The notes: generated by a model not told the origin, from the letters alone. A stretch of 64,000 nt of DNA from Takakia lepidozioides (GCA_030704615.1 CM060733.1:19282001-19346000); one strand, 5' to 3'; positions 1 to 14,314 are shown, numbered from the stretch's first letter. Program-made: numbers and translations.

Positions 1-384
1 AACTCTATCCAAGTGTAATAGCACACAAGCTACTCAATCAGGCCATAGCATGGGATTAGTTAGTTACAAGCTCTGTGAAACATAATTACAAAGTTTATGC
101 GCTTGTGCATGTGAAGACTACTGAGGTGGAGTTTTGTGCTTCATTCTCAATTTCACCATCTATGTTGAAAATGCATTTCTTCTGGATTCCCGTGTCAATT
201 TTCTTTCAGAGAACATATGATACTCCTTTCTAAGATTGGATTTCACAGCAGATCCCGAGGAGATAGCCAGTCTGGAGTCCCCTGGAATGGATCCTCGTAG
301 TTTTGTGAGGATCTGGTGAATGCCCCCACTGGATCACTTCTCCGTAGATTATGCTAAGAAAAACCCTCGATATGGGTGTTGCAG

Positions 385-2222
385 GGGGGATGTGGTGGAG
401 ATAGACTCATGGGTGGCAGCAGAGGGAAAGAATGGAATGCGCCGGGACTTTCTTGTTCGTGACTATACAACGGGCCAGATCATCACCCGAGCTACCAGGT
501 GTGTTGTGTTTTTTTATTGTGATTTGATAAGCCTAAAATTATCTTCTTCTGGGTTTGGCAATCAAAGAGTCACCCTTCAGTTTTCTCTTGTTGGACGGAG
601 GCGTATATCAATGAGCCACCTACTGTCAAATAAGAGTAACTTTTTCCAAAGAGGCATGAACTTTGAGAACAATTTTCTGTTTGACACCTAGAGTTCTTTC
701 TCTCACGCCTCCTGTCTGTTAGTTCAATTTTCACCCACTTGACACTCCCATAAGGGACCTTCTGTCATCCTGCTGCGCTGACCTGTCAAGCATAGGAAAT
801 GAAAGTGTGCCGCCAAGACTAAGAAGTGATATTTGGTGCAGCACATGGGTGATGATGAATCAGGATACCAGGCGATTGTCCAAGATGCCTGAAGATGTGC
901 TTGCTGAAATTTCACCCTACTATCTGGATAGAAGTGTCATCAAGGAGGACCCTTGCCAGAAAATAAAGAAGCTGACTAATTCAGCACCTTACATCCGCTC
1001 GGACCTTGTTGTAAGATCTCTGAACCCAACAATCCTGGAGACTAATTTACGGCAGCTATCAAATTCTTGGGTGTGTAATCAAGGTCTGAGGAGAGAGGTT
1101 AGAGTAAATTAGCCAATGCCATATTTGGCTATCAAAGATAGTTGTTTCGTAACAAGTGCTGCAAAATACCAATACCTTTCAACAATTCAAGAGAATTACT
1201 GATAACATTATCTGAGTTCAGTTTTGCTTTTCTTTTCCCCTTTCTCATATTTTGGTTTCAAATGGGCTTATAGATTCGTTTTGCCTAAACACCTTCACAC
1301 CCTTTGGTGATAAAAGAGAGATTTGCTGTGAAAGACACATGCTTGTTTCACCCATGTGACCACATTAACTTTGAATCCCTTCTTCCTAGTTTTTGGTACC
1401 CTGCAAATCTCCACCAATTTGTGATGTCTCCCATGTTTGCTCACTGCGGTAAAGAGAGTATTCTGATGCCATGGGTGAATGAATGGATGTGGCTGAAATA
1501 CTCCCGTGACAGTTCCAAGCCAAGTTGTCAGTAAATATTCTTGTCACATGCCTTAATTTTCAATCATCTCTTTTATCTTCTGCAATATGGGAAAAAACCT
1601 TGTAGATTTTTGACACCTCCAATGTGGTCTCTTGTAAAGGTTTCAATCTGATGAGCTGGAATGAACTTGGAATGAATGCAGCCACGGCTCAATGATATGG
1701 ACATGAACCAGCATGTCAACAATGTCAAGTATATTGGCTGGGTGCTTGAGGTATGGTCACTCTTTGTCATCTTTGCTTGCTTTCCCAAAGAATCCTTTTG
1801 CACAGGTTTTGTTGAGGTCAGTTTGTTAAGCTTCTATTTTGTTGTGGCAGAGTGTGCCACAATCACTTTTGGTTGCACATGAGCTGAGGAGCATGACACT
1901 CGAGTACCGACGAGAGTGCACCCCAGCAGATGTTGTGCAGTCCTTGTCCTGCCCGGATCCTCCCCTACCCATTACATTGCAGCGAAGTGGTGATGGAATG
2001 GAGCTCCTTGGTAATGGGGCTTTGGATGGTTCCCCTGGTGCTGTGTCTTGCTCTTCTGGTGCCTTGAAGAGTGCAACTCAGAGTCCTCCAAAATTCAGTC
2101 CAGTGTGCTACACACACTTGTTGAGGATGCAGTCAGATGGAACTGAGATAGTCCGTGGTCGAACTGTGTGGAGAACAAAGCAACGCTATAGTCCCAGTCA
2201 TGGCAATGCTGCTGCTCACTGA
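385..2222 (+). CDS. FATB: Acyl-ACP thioesterase (FatB/FatM-like), 3' four exons; 5' end lies upstream of the window
   Basis: GT-AG exons 385-498 (GDVVEIDSWVAAEGKNGMRRDFLVRD), 842-1010 (TWVMMNQDTRRLSKMP), 1682-1750 (PRLNDMDMNQHVNNVKYIGW), 1851-2222 (TLEYRREC...HLLRMQSDGTEIVRGRTVWR, stop). The 114- and 69-bp exon sizes match the other two paralogs. Confidence 0.95.
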
Positions 2223-2723
2223 TGTCTTGGTAAGGGAACCCCGTCTCTCAACAACAAATTCCCCTTGTATAATATAGTGATTTCCTCAGCGAACTTTCCT
2301 GGTCTGCCCTGGGCAGTTCTGGATATCTTCGCAATGAGCAGGCCAGGGAAAATTTCCGAGGGGGCTTCACATTCTTACCTGTGAGGATTTCCATTTACTC
2401 AGTTCGCAGTCTGAGGAAGTATATTTCCTGTTGTAGTTTGGTGTTGTATTTATTTTGTATTGTCATTACTAAGCTCATAGTTTATTTATTATTTACTAGT
2501 AGTACTACACATATTTTCAAATCAACAATACCTAACTTGAGCATCAAAACTAATCCATGTTCATCTAATTTGGTGAGAAATGAAATCAATTAAGTGTGCA
2601 GTCACTGATGTAATTTCTTAAACATCTGTGGGATTAACTATTATGCATTTTTAACGTCCAAAAAATTGCTAATATTGATGATGCTTTCATTGACAATCTT
2701 TAAAATCTAATTGGAAGCACAAC

Positions 2724-2790
2724 AGGCTGTGGCCTGGTGGTAAAACATCCTGTGCATTGACCTGTTGGTCTGGGGTTCAAACCCCTGTGT
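2724..2790 (+). mobile_element. tRNA-derived SINE-like head
   Basis: Pol III A-box-like TGGCCTGGTGG followed by B-box-like GGTTCAAACC at tRNA-like spacing; no intact cloverleaf. Confidence 0.35.
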
Positions 2791-3608
2791 GCTATCTTTG
2801 GGCTCTGCTTTTTGCCTTCATGACTCCGAAAGGGGTTTATTTCAGTGTTTGGGCAGGTATGTTCTTCTCAGGGATTCCCCATGGGTATCAATCAGGACAT
2901 GAGTCAAAGCATAACCTGACCCAGCAAAATTGGGGACCTGGATAAGGAGCATAACCTGAGGGTAAGTGAAGCATGATACCTACATTTTCAATATAGCTGC
3001 GGAATTTTGAACTTCCATATACCCGGATTGGTCATTGATGCTACTTGGCCCATGTTTGCAGCAGAGCCTCGCAATTTAAGGCTTGGACTATCCTTGGATG
3101 GAGTGAACCCCTTTATAAGAACAATTGCTGGTCAACATGGCAAGTGTTAATGCTGGTATATAACCTGGATTTTTCTGGCTTAAGTTTGATCTCTTATTGC
3201 GGTTTTTCACAGATTGCAGAGTGCATCATACTTATGTAAAACATCATCAAAAGCATTTGGTAGAGTGTATAGAGAGTTGGGTAAGAAAGAGAGGCGAGAT
3301 ATACCTTACATGGCTTAAGATGGTACAAATAGTCGTTGATGGAAGTCATTTGACACTAGAAGTTATTTCATTGGCATGGAAATTCACTTGGATACACGTG
3401 TACTTCAGCTGCATGCATTCAGGTTATATGTTATTATGAAATGCTTAAAAGACATTTCAATGAACTAGACAAGCTTACCTTGACTAGTTGGATATGGAAA
3501 AAGCTCTAATAGCAACAAACATGATTGCAGGCTTTCCAACTAGTGGCATTTGGCTTCTAATTCAACATGCAATGGATGAAAAGACAGCCATCCCAACAAG
3601 AACTAGAC

Positions 3609-4760
3609 CAGTGTTGTGCGGGTATATTGCCCTTAGGGTATAAGTAAATTATTTTTGTCAAATCATTTTCCCTCCGGGTATGGATAAATTGAAATCTCAA
3701 AAAATTATTTACCCTCGGGGTATGGGTAAATTAACTTTTCAGATTTCTGTATAACCCTGGGTATGGATATATATGCCAAAATATACCCTGAGGGTATGAA
3801 TAGTTTCCGGGTATGGATTTCAATTAATATATAATTTATATAGTTTTAAAAAATACATGATGTTTTTTTTTGTTTTTTTGTTCTTCAATATGTACAAAAC
3901 ACAAAAAATACAATCTATGGTAAAAGAGAAAATTGATAAGATATTGCATAATATTTTGGTGTTAACTTCCAATGCACCATGGAGGACTCCTTGGAGGTTC
4001 GAGATTAAATAAAAGGCGGCCTACGGGCATCTAAGGGTTTAATTTTTTCCGTTCATAATTTTTAATAAAGTTCTCAAGGGCTACCTCCCCTTTCCAAAAA
4101 CAAAAGGAAAAAAAAAAAAGAGGCACATCAGCTGGTAGCCAGTGACCTTTGGTGGTTCCGGGTTCGAACCCGCTGCCCTGCCCCGTGTGTGGGATTATTC
4201 ATGACGGTATGTCTGGGCGTTGACTGTCTTGTAGGTCTCATGGCCCATAAATGAAAGGGGGTTCATAATCCCCCTCCTGGGGGGCCTGAATTGTGGGCTG
4301 TCTTTATATATATATGCGAGATCTGAAGAGGTATTGTTTGGATTATATGACATTTTAGGAATGATATGTATGTAGCATTTGTTTTAGCTGTGATTGGAGC
4401 TTTCTTATAGCTCAAGGCTCCCCAACAACACAACATAAAGAGAAAAGACCTAGCACACAAAGGCTATGAAGGCACATAAAGGCCCTTATATACCCTGCTT
4501 AGATATACCCTTCATTTTATCATATACCCTTCAGAAAAGTAGGGTATATTGAGCGTGTTGATGCAGGGTAAATATAAGGATAAGGGTATATCATAAAAAT
4601 ATACCCTGATATAAGGGTATACATCCGGGTACCTAAACTTGCCACACTAGGGTATATATATATCAATATACCCTGATATACACTAGGGTATATATATATC
4701 AATATACCCTGATATACCCGCCGGGTATATCGGGGTAATTCATATACCCGCCCAACACTG
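3609..4760. mobile_element. Non-autonomous hAT element (MITE)
   Basis: TIRs CAGTGTTGTGCGGGTATAT / ATATACCCGCCCAACACTG; perfect 8-bp TSD AACTAGAC (3601-3608, 4761-4768); many subterminal GGGTAT/ATACCC motifs. Confidence 0.9.
4121..4315 (+). mobile_element. SINE-like insertion nested in the hAT MITE
   Basis: B-box GGTTCGAACCC near 4161, GC-richer than its AT-rich host, ends in (TA)n. Confidence 0.35.
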
Positions 4761-6506
4761 AACTAGACCCACCTATATTGTTCTCATTTTTGAGCTCCTA
4801 CCAAGAATCTATGGATTTTTTCAAATTAAATAAATCAAATTCCATACATGATGTGCTTTGTGATTGTATAGCAAAGTATATTTAGCTTACATATATACAA
4901 AGATTTTACTCTTGCTAATGAAAAAGGTCAAGTGGAGATAATTATTAATATACTAATGAAAACATTCATCCCTGAATTCCGGGTAATATGCATGACTATG
5001 ACATTGTATTCCATTGTACGCAATGGATATTTGCCTGCCTGAGTATGGCGTATTTGGAGGAGGATTAAAAAGCAGAATTCTACGCCTAATGCCACTAGCA
5101 CATTATGCTAACACATTATGAAACATAATGTGTTTGATTAGGACTTGCAAGCCAATGAGAGGGCGGCAGACGCAATCCTTTACGTTATGGAATGGGCCGC
5201 AACATGCCGTTATGGCGGTTTCGGCGGGCGAGGCTCGCCACCACCTTACCCGCCACAATGGCATGTTGCGCCCCATTCCATAGTACATCAAAGTCATGCA
5301 CATGACTATCAGTGAGCTAGAGCTGGTCAACTATTGGTGGCCAGTCTTTCCGTCCAATGCGGGTTATGTAGGGATAGATATCCCTCCAACAGTCTTTCTT
5401 TCGTATGACTATACTCATACTACGGATGGTCTTTTTTGGTTTATCTTTTGGTCTATCAATACGGGCAGTCAGCCTCAAATTCTGGAAGACCATGATTAAG
5501 GGGGCCCCTAGCAACCATAAATACCACAAGCTGTTGTAGGGGCTAGCAGTCATAGGCACTAACAGTCATAAATACCATATTCTGTTGTCCTGATATAGTC
5601 AAACTGGTCTAACACACAGTAACATCCATCAAGTGGTTTCAGGGCCTTACCAAAGGACCCGCATTGAGCTCTAATGACACGAAAGTTGGTGGCTAGGATT
5701 GTAGTATAAGATCTTATGGAGAGTAGGCCAATGTCAGCAAAAACCAAACAACGCTACCACATGAGCGACAGTTGGGCACGACAAGAGATAGCTGAGAAGC
5801 AGAAATGAACGAGGGGATGAGCTCCATGGGAGGTTGGGTAGCATGTTGAGCAGAAGAGGATATACCAGAAATTCCTAGAATATTTTTGAAAAGATGCGAT
5901 AGCAAAACTAAAATGTGTAATTTATGCTCACGAATAGACTTGTGCTTACGTGAGAACAAACCACGAAGAGAAATAGACACTGGAGAAATAGGCACAAAAT
6001 GAGTCATGATATGGATGGGCACCCTATTTCCGTGGTTTATTTTTCTGTACGCACAAGCACATAACAATTTGTTAGCGAAGTAAAGCAATCTCACATCGTC
6101 TCTTATATGCAAAATCAAACACAACACATTTTGTTTCGCCCATGAAACCAAAGGGTAATGACCTACGCAGCGATACCTGGAAATTTCGCCGACAAAACCC
6201 AATATTTCGCTGGCGAAACTCAATACCTTGAAATTTTTCGTTAACTAAACCCGTTGTTTGCCTTATTATATTAAATTGTTCAACTATTGTTTGGTATTTG
6301 TGTGTTTTGGATGGTGTTGGTTTTTGTGACTTTGTCTTTCCTTAATGTGTTATTCTTTTGTAGGATACCAAAACTGTAGATATGTGGAACTTGGAGCTTG
6401 TAGATATACATTATGGGTGCATATTCCGCATTAGGGTTTTGGGTCCTATAAATGCACCGTGTCTCTATATCTTCCAATGGTTTAATTCCGTTTTGAAAAC
6501 ATATAA

Positions 6507-7645
6507 CTCCTATGACCGCGGTTTAAAAACATAAAACCCCCATGACCATGGGTTTGTGCTCACGACCGCAGTGCTCACGTCCTACCAACCCCCACGGCGG
6601 GAAGGAGTAGATCAGGACAAAGAAGTTCCCTTCAGATTTCCAAGCAATAGTCCATGGAAACCCTACTTTCGAGGCTCCACATAAGCACCACGTCACATTG
6701 CCTTCTTGTTGTCCTATGGTAGGTGAGGGTGTCAATTTACGATCCATCAACCAATCAGCATGTTGCGTTTGCTTCCACTGCCGCTCATCAAACGGTTCTA
6801 GCAACATTTGACATTGACATGGGCCAATAAAATCGATAGTGTCGAGGATGTGTAAAATACTTTCACTGTAGTAAAGCAAGTTAACTGATTCTAATATATT
6901 TACCATGATCAAATGTAATTGGAACAGGTGAATATATGATAAAATATTAATAAATGACTTAATTTCATTAATTTTCTTTTACTCATATTGATAAAAGATA
7001 TTAAATATTCTTATTAGAAGATTAAGGTATGTAGTTAAATGAAGTACTATAAATTTCAGTGGATGGTGTATTTATAGATTTTTTGAGTAGTGTTGTTATT
7101 GGTTCTAATATAGTATGACTATAATTAATGTTAAACTGTGTGTAGTAAAGCAAGCAACAATTTTATTAATATAGAAGAGTACATATACACTTTTTAGGTG
7201 TAAGGTTTCACTATGAATTAGTGATGAATGTAGAGTTTAGTAAATATAATTCATTATACTGTAGTGAAACATACAACAATATATTTTTGTATTTATATCA
7301 TTTTACTATTCAGGGTTGCTGTGAAATAGTAAGACATTTATTGGTTTAGCAAATATACTCTGAATTAGTGAGGTACTTATTATTTAGTACTTATGATTTA
7401 TTGCATTGGAGTGGAAAAAATTAATATATTATTTAATAGAAAATTTAGGATATCTCAAAACATCTTTATATCAGTCAGTAGCAATTTTGACTGTTTGCAA
7501 AGATTACCTGACGTAAAAACATGACCACATTGTTGATCATCAAATCATTAAATTACCATGTGTGTCGTGTAGATATGTAGCTAACAATTTATATCCCTAA
7601 AAACACGTGCATAACCTACACGAGGGACACTTTTGTATCCTTAGT
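6507..7645 (+). mobile_element. Possible non-autonomous Helitron-like element
   Basis: Starts TC, very AT-rich body, imperfect subterminal hairpin (acacgtgc...acacgagg) before a CTTAGT-like end; degenerate. Confidence 0.3.
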
Positions 7646-7759
7646 ATTTGCCCTAAGGGTGTCCAAATTTCTGTTGTGCAGCCAAGTCCAATAGGCACTA
7701 CTCATGCCAAGACATCAACATCATCAAGACATTGAAAGCCTCCACGTTGTGCGGAGGTA

Positions 7760-7965
7760 AAGGGTGTTGTGCCTGGATAGCATGATAGCTGTAATATCCA
7801 GATGGCAAGGTAAGGGCATATACCCTCTTACGAGTGGTTGTGGGTTCAACCCACCCTGATGGTGGTTACAAAGGTGTCCCCTTCCTACCGGAAGGTAGTA
7901 GCCTTATGGGTCAAGTGACACCATAAGTTACGCTTGCTTAGGCAACGCGTCCATCTTTCTTTTCC
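7760..7965 (+). mobile_element. Structured SINE-like repeat, copy 1 (related to 50265-50552)
   Basis: Shares CTTACRAGTGGTYGTRGGTTCAA and the 3' block AAGTGACACCATAAG.TACGCTTGCTT.GGCAA plus a T-rich tail with the copy at 50.3 kb. Confidence 0.55.
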
Positions 7966-10900
7966 AGATAGCAAAAATCCAGATTTGCCATAAACACCAG
8001 CAATTTTGCCCGAACAATTTTGCTAGAACAATTTTGCTAGAACAATTTTGCTAAGTAAGATTGCAATGATTCAACAAAACAGAAAGTGTATTCTTGGAGT
8101 GTGATCTGTTTGAGGATATGATGTCGGTTGGAGCTCTCTGTAGTGCCCAACCAGAGCCAAGGCACAAGTGCCATATGCGCTCAACCTGAGCAAACACGCA
8201 AAGACAGTTCAGAGATGGAGTTTTGGGTCCACACCCGCCGCCCTGTACCTGCCCCTCCTACCCCAACTGAAAAAACGGTTGCTTCTGACGTTCTGACGCA
8301 CGAGTCCCCCACGAGATACATGTTACTTGTTTCATCATCAAGCTGCTCTTCCTATCGAGAATACTTTAGCTGCAGGAGCCCAGGAGCCGACTCATACATG
8401 GAAGCTGCCATTGAGGGCACATTCAAAGGGAATTTGAATTGCAGCATCGCTATCTGAGGTTTCTCAGGTAGATTTACGAATCGATGAGGTCCTAAGAATT
8501 AACATCTTCTGCCTGGGCATCGATCTCCTTGCAAAGCTTCATCAGTTATTGCAGTTGTTGGGGGGAAATCCTGGAAGACAAGACCTCGAGACCATCGGCG
8601 GGCTATTACATGGGCGGTGTGTTTTGGAACGTATGGGAGTTGTTTATTGATCAGCTTGGCACGGTTTCCGCTTGAATGATTCTCTTTTAAAAGTCAACTG
8701 CTGTTTGGATCTCCCACTGAAAATTCGAGGTCAACTCATGTGGGGGAGAGCATTGATGATCACCTGTTGATCCACGTGCTCGTAATGCTAGATTGATAGT
8801 GTGCACTGTGATGATGATTCATGTGAGAAATCCATGTACAATTTTGTCAACGAGGAACCTTCCCAGAGGATTCCTAACATAGTACTTCTTACAGTTTAGT
8901 ATGTGTGTCATAATCTTGATGAGTTTGAGCTCTCCGTACTGAAATTGATGTTTACGTTTTTTGTGTACATTATCTCAAACTCACTAACTAGAAAAATATT
9001 GTACTGGGTAGGACGATTTGTTCAGACTCTATCTTGATCTTTGACAATAGTCAAAACAATTTTCCAGTTTCCTGCCGCAGTCCCTGAGTCGAGTGTTTGG
9101 AATGATGATATGTCTCAAATGGTAAAGTTTTTGTCCATGTGTGCCAAACACGTCATTGTAGCTTTACACTCGCTTTACACAAACTTGTCAGGAGAGATTT
9201 AGAGTAGAGATCACATTCGGTACTTATTAGCGAACTTACGACTGTGAAGTTTATGGAAGGATAGTTGTACCCACGGTACTGTACGCAACTCAAGGAGGAA
9301 CTTTGATCCAAAATAGCTCTGAAGCTCAAGGGAGGCTCAATCTTGAAGGAAGAAAGTCCTGAACCAAAAGGCTTAGAGATGGATTGAACTTCTGCCAGAC
9401 GCTGTAAAACATGGGTCACAGACTTACACTTTTGCCTTGAAACTTCCAAATCAAATCCCGCTCACAAGACTCAGATGATTCTTCAAGGATCCCTGCTGGG
9501 AATCTACTAACACAATATTTTGATGGCATGAAAAACTGTTGACAAGGTATCTGAAGAGAAGATGGTGGTTCAAGTACGCAGAGATTACTTCCGAGGAAAG
9601 GTTTGCAGGTTTGACGTGTCGGACATAATCTTGAGGAATCTCTCCCCGGAATCTCTTAGTACAAATTTATAGAATGAAGCAGAGGGGTGATGTTTCTTGT
9701 AGAGGGGTAACCTCACTCAGGAGTCAGCACGTGTTACTGATGGCAGGTTATCGTCGTGGGCCTACTTACACTGTGTTCTTTAATCTGTAGATTTTGCACC
9801 GACAGATCGACTTCAAAAACGATGGAGTAGATTTTGACGCTAAGGGCACGAGGTGTATGTTCCAAATCGGGATCTTGATCTCTCGTCCTCTGTTCTTACT
9901 TCCAAGGATTATAATATATGTACGGGGTGCACATACAATCTGATCGGAGTGGAATTTATTAGTATTACTCAAACTGGGAGCTGGGCGTGCTGGTGGAATG
10001 TAGACCTGTGGCATATTGTGGATTCATATTGAGAGCTCACTCCAAAAATGACTAAGCAGGTCAATTGCACGAGTTACCCCATGCAAAACTGGACAAGCCA
10101 CCCTTCCCCATGCACTCGTGCAGTCTGAATTACGCTGCGCTTGGCACAAAGGACACTAATTGATCTTCCAGGCCATTAATCTTATCTCGCTAGATACACA
10201 CAGGATCACAAGCTGAACAGTGGGCTCCTACATCCCACAGTTTCCAGAGCAGCGATTTGGTGTGGTCGCATGTCTGGTTTACTGGGGAGGGAAGTTAGAG
10301 TTAAGGCGGATCGCACAATGCCCTCCTTGCCCTTCCCCAAAAACCCGAAGTTGGTCTTCCTGTGGGCGAGAGAGTCAAACGTTACCCACTAAGCCATTCC
10401 CAACACTTCACTCTACTCACGACCAGCGGTAGTCCAAATACTGCTAAAAAACACTTGTAACAGAACATTCTCTTCTATATTTTGGCTTTGTGGGCCATTG
10501 GCGCTGAAGCTTAGGATCCATTATCAACCTTCCTTCGGTAGTACCAAGAGAAGAATGACACATAACCGCCGGCTACCCCAAATGCCAGTTTCCCAAAGAA
10601 TATACTACCTACCTAAGATACTTCTGTTCAGCTATGTTGTCAGTCGTTGACCCTACTCGTCAATCTTCAAGCTCGCGCGTTCACTTCCAAGTTCAACCAT
10701 TGACAGCAAACGCTGACCAGTATCAACTGTGAATGACGGCGTCATCACTGTGGCCGGTGTCAGTTTACCTGTCCACACTTGTGCTAACAGATTGCAGCTC
10801 CTAAAGTTCTCGAGTGTGATCACTTTTGCTGAACTGTGAACAGAAGTGTCGGTGCAGTTCCATTGTGATGCAAAGAACTGTTTCACGACTGTGTGAAGTG

Positions 10901-11448
10901 TGAACTTGACATGCTGGACCTTATGAATCTGGCACATAAAAAGTTTTGAAGCTTGGCATCCACTCCCAGTGCGCCGTCGATGGAGGACGACGTCGGTGGG
11001 GCAGTCTGATGACACAGGGATGACCACTTGGACCTGCCCAAGGGAGACTGGGGTTGACGGAGGCGCCAAAGGGCTCGCTTTTTGAGGCCATGGCGAGGCG
11101 CCGACGTCGAGGGACGCGGAGGGGGTGACCCCACCACCCCCACACTGTGGGTGGAGTCGTTAGGGCTCCTCTTTCCGTGGACAGCCCAAGGGACTCTTTT
11201 TAAGCTCCAGATGAGCTCGAGTTCCCTCACTTTTGATCTCTCCACCTGTCCCTGCAGAATCTCTCTCCACCGCGACATCTGCTATCTCTCTATGTACACG
11301 AGTTCAGTTTGAGTCCGATACAACAGGGAAAGCGAACGTTTCGCGATTATACGAGATAATCTTACGAAGAGAAGTCTCAGGTTCTCGGAGAGATTTTTGA
11401 ATTCAGGGAGTGGCTGGTCGATTCTACTTGGTTGCGACTCAATCAGCT

Positions 11449-14314
11449 ATGACCACCATGACGGTAGCATCCGTGGGAGCCAGGGAGCCGGTCACATCTT
11501 GTGTGACATACAAGGAAATGACATCATCGTTTGTTGCAGGGAGACACGCTCATGAGCAGGCCGCTGTGTATCATTCTCTCCCATCAGCCTCTCTTAAGTT
11601 TTCCCAGAACTTGGTTGCACACTTCAGGGATAACAGGTCGTCTGTAGTTAGAGCAGGGCTTCTCGAAATGTTAAAAATGGATACACCATACTTAATCGGA
11701 GAGAATTTGGTGAAAAGCGGCACCGATTTCGCTCTAACAAAGATCAGGGGGGGTTCTGCACTTCTTACCGGGGGAGCTTCTTTGATTCCCGAGAAGAGCG
11801 AGTCAATGTTCAGAGCCTTTATGGAAGCAATGACATCCCGCGCGATGGACAACAATGCTAACTTAGCTTTACCAAAGGTGAAAGTGACACCACTGTTAGA
11901 TCAGGGTCGATGCTTGGTTGAGGACGGCCAGCTGCTCTATCGACAGACCTTCGTCATTCGCTCCTACGAAGTTGGCGCCGATAGAACCGCGTCAATTGAC
12001 ACGCTCATCAATTTGTTCCAGGTACTGGTGTTCTTCATGCATGGTTTGTGCTGAGTTTCATGTACCGTCCCAGGGGATACTGTGTGGATTCTGCTGTAGC
12101 ACTTGATGGAAGTTTTGTGTCTAGATGAGCAGATTTTGTCCTTGGCATCACACTCCTAGTTATCCAGAAGTCTCGTGATCAGATATGGACATTGAAGGAC
12201 TGAAGAAAATTACGTCCACTAAGATGTCCGTCGCCTATCCACATAGCTCAGAGTCTTCAAATGTTCTCTTCTGGCCTTAATGGAAAGAGCACAGATCTAT
12301 TGTGAAGCAGTATATATAATTTACTGACGCGTACCAGTCTTCATGTGTGTATAGGAGGTGGCATTGAACCATGTCTGGTTGTCCGGCATAGCAAGTGATG
12401 GTTTTGGTACTACCAAGGCCATGATGCGCAACAACCTCATCTGGGTTGTCAGTTATATGCGTGCGGATGTGGAGCGCTACCCTTCCTGGTACATTCCTTA
12501 ATGTCTTTCATACAATAGGAAAAATTTATACTGTCCACTATAAATAAACTGATTACTGAACTTAAAGTAATCCTTACCAGTTGAACTGATCCGATTCGGC
12601 CTGGGTGGACTGTAAAGGAAGGTCGCACGGCCTAACATATGATCCAACGAGTATCTAGTTCTTAAGGCGGAGAAGAGACTTGTCTGCGCAAAGAATAAGT
12701 AATCAGAGCTTTGGCATTTCTTAGAGTCAGAGCTTATTTCCTGACGCATCCCCTACGCACACCGTCCCTACCCCCGAGTGAGATCTATTTATTTAACCAA
12801 ATTGTTTTGTGTTCCGGTGTGCAGGGGTGACATTGTGGAGATCGACTCCTGGGTGGCTGGAGCAGGAAAGAATGGCCTGCGCCGCGACTGGATTGTGCGC
12901 GACTTCCAAACTGGGGAAGTCCTTGCTCGCTCTACCAGGTGAGCCATTGAAATTTTCTTTGAGAACAACTAGAGCAGTTGCCTCGTCTAGCCTCTAGCAC
13001 TATGTAGTCTCTGACCAGTAGATCCTAATTTGCTTGACTCAAGAATCTTGTATTTGATTCCTGAACATTGCAGCACGTGGGTGATGATGAATGAGAAGAC
13101 AAGGAAGTTATCCAAAATGCCCGATGACGTTAGAGCAGAGATATCTCCCTTCTTCTGTGGGTCCCGGTATGCTCTACCCAATGACGTCTCACCCAAATGT
13201 CTCCCAAAACTCGACGACTCCGCAGAGCACAAACGATCTGGCCTCCAGGTGGGAAAATGTTGTGATTTATCCCTTTCATCTTCCACCACTTCCGTTGTCA
13301 TAGACATAGAAGGGGTACCACATATGTATACATGTGTATTCATGACCTTAAATTTAGTTCGAGATGAATTGTTACAACTAACACGGCATGTGTTGTGTGA
13401 CCCAACCTGCAGGTTCGTCGGGGTGATTTGGACATGAACAAACATGTCAATAACGTCAAGTATATTGGCTGGATGGTGGAGGTAATGACTCGTATCCTAC
13501 GTGGTTATTGTAATAGAGGTTCCTCGGAGTGTCAAACTGGAAAATAGTGATGATTCCAGTGGAGTTTCTAACTTGGTGAAGGTCTCGATATATATTCATG
13601 TGAAATTGCTATTGGTTAGTGTGGCACACTGGATGGTCACTCTCTGATGGACGGCTTCCAACTCTGTATGAAGCAACTTCACTTCCTGCAACTTGCCTTC
13701 ATGCTTCACCTGCAACTGGTATAGCTGTTGCTTATGTACTTTATGCAACTTCTCTTGCTCCAGACCTGCTTCAAACAAAGTTAATATTTGCTCAACTGGT
13801 GGAACTGAGTGAAATGAGCTTGTAGTTAGTCGTTCTTTTAGCGTTCGGCTATTGGGTTGTTATTAAAATGATCCTAAGGAGTGCAGTTGAGCTTTCTGGA
13901 CATGATCTTCTGATTGACATATCATGGGTTGCTGAAAGTTCTGCTGGACTTGCATATGTGCAGAGTATACCCACTGCAGTTCTGGAAACTCATGAACTGA
14001 CCAGCATCACGCTGCAATACCGGCGCGAATGTGGTGCCTCGGACGTTGTCGAGTCTCTAACAAGCCCATCCGATGATGCACCTCCCACCGACTTACCGGC
14101 TGAAGTGAATGGTTGTGCTGCATATGCAACCGATGAATGGAAATTCTCGAGCGCTGAGAGAGCGTTGCTTTCTGCATTCAGCAGCAATCCAACTTGGTGG
14201 AACGTTGAGCCCTTCCAATTTGCACACTTGTTGCGAACACAGAAAGGAGCTGCTGAGATTGCTCGAGGGAAATCTTCCTGGAGACCAAAGTCTAAGCCAA
14301 CTATTTATCAATAG
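11449..14314 (+). CDS. Divergent acyl-ACP thioesterase (FAT family), 6 coding exons, plastid transit-peptide-like N-terminus
   Basis: Exons 11449-12021 (YRQTFVIRSYEVGADRTASI), 12355-12488 (ALNHVWLSG..DGFG), 12825-12938, 13074-13248, 13413-13481 (DLDMNKHVNNVKYIGW), 13964-14314 (TLQYRRECG). All GT-AG, with phases identical to the paralog at 35249-37576. Confidence 0.93.

Noticed and set aside
4121-4180. tRNA gene
   Set aside because: Has a B-box but no acceptor stem or cloverleaf; treated as SINE-like
8128-9480. Possible small gene or fourth FAT remnant (MEAA start at 8398) and a faint Copia gag WKFQ motif on the minus strand
   Set aside because: Similarity too short and degenerate to support a call
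13596-13778. Coiled-coil-like 60-aa antisense ORF in a FAT intron
   Set aside because: Short, no family motif, no splice support
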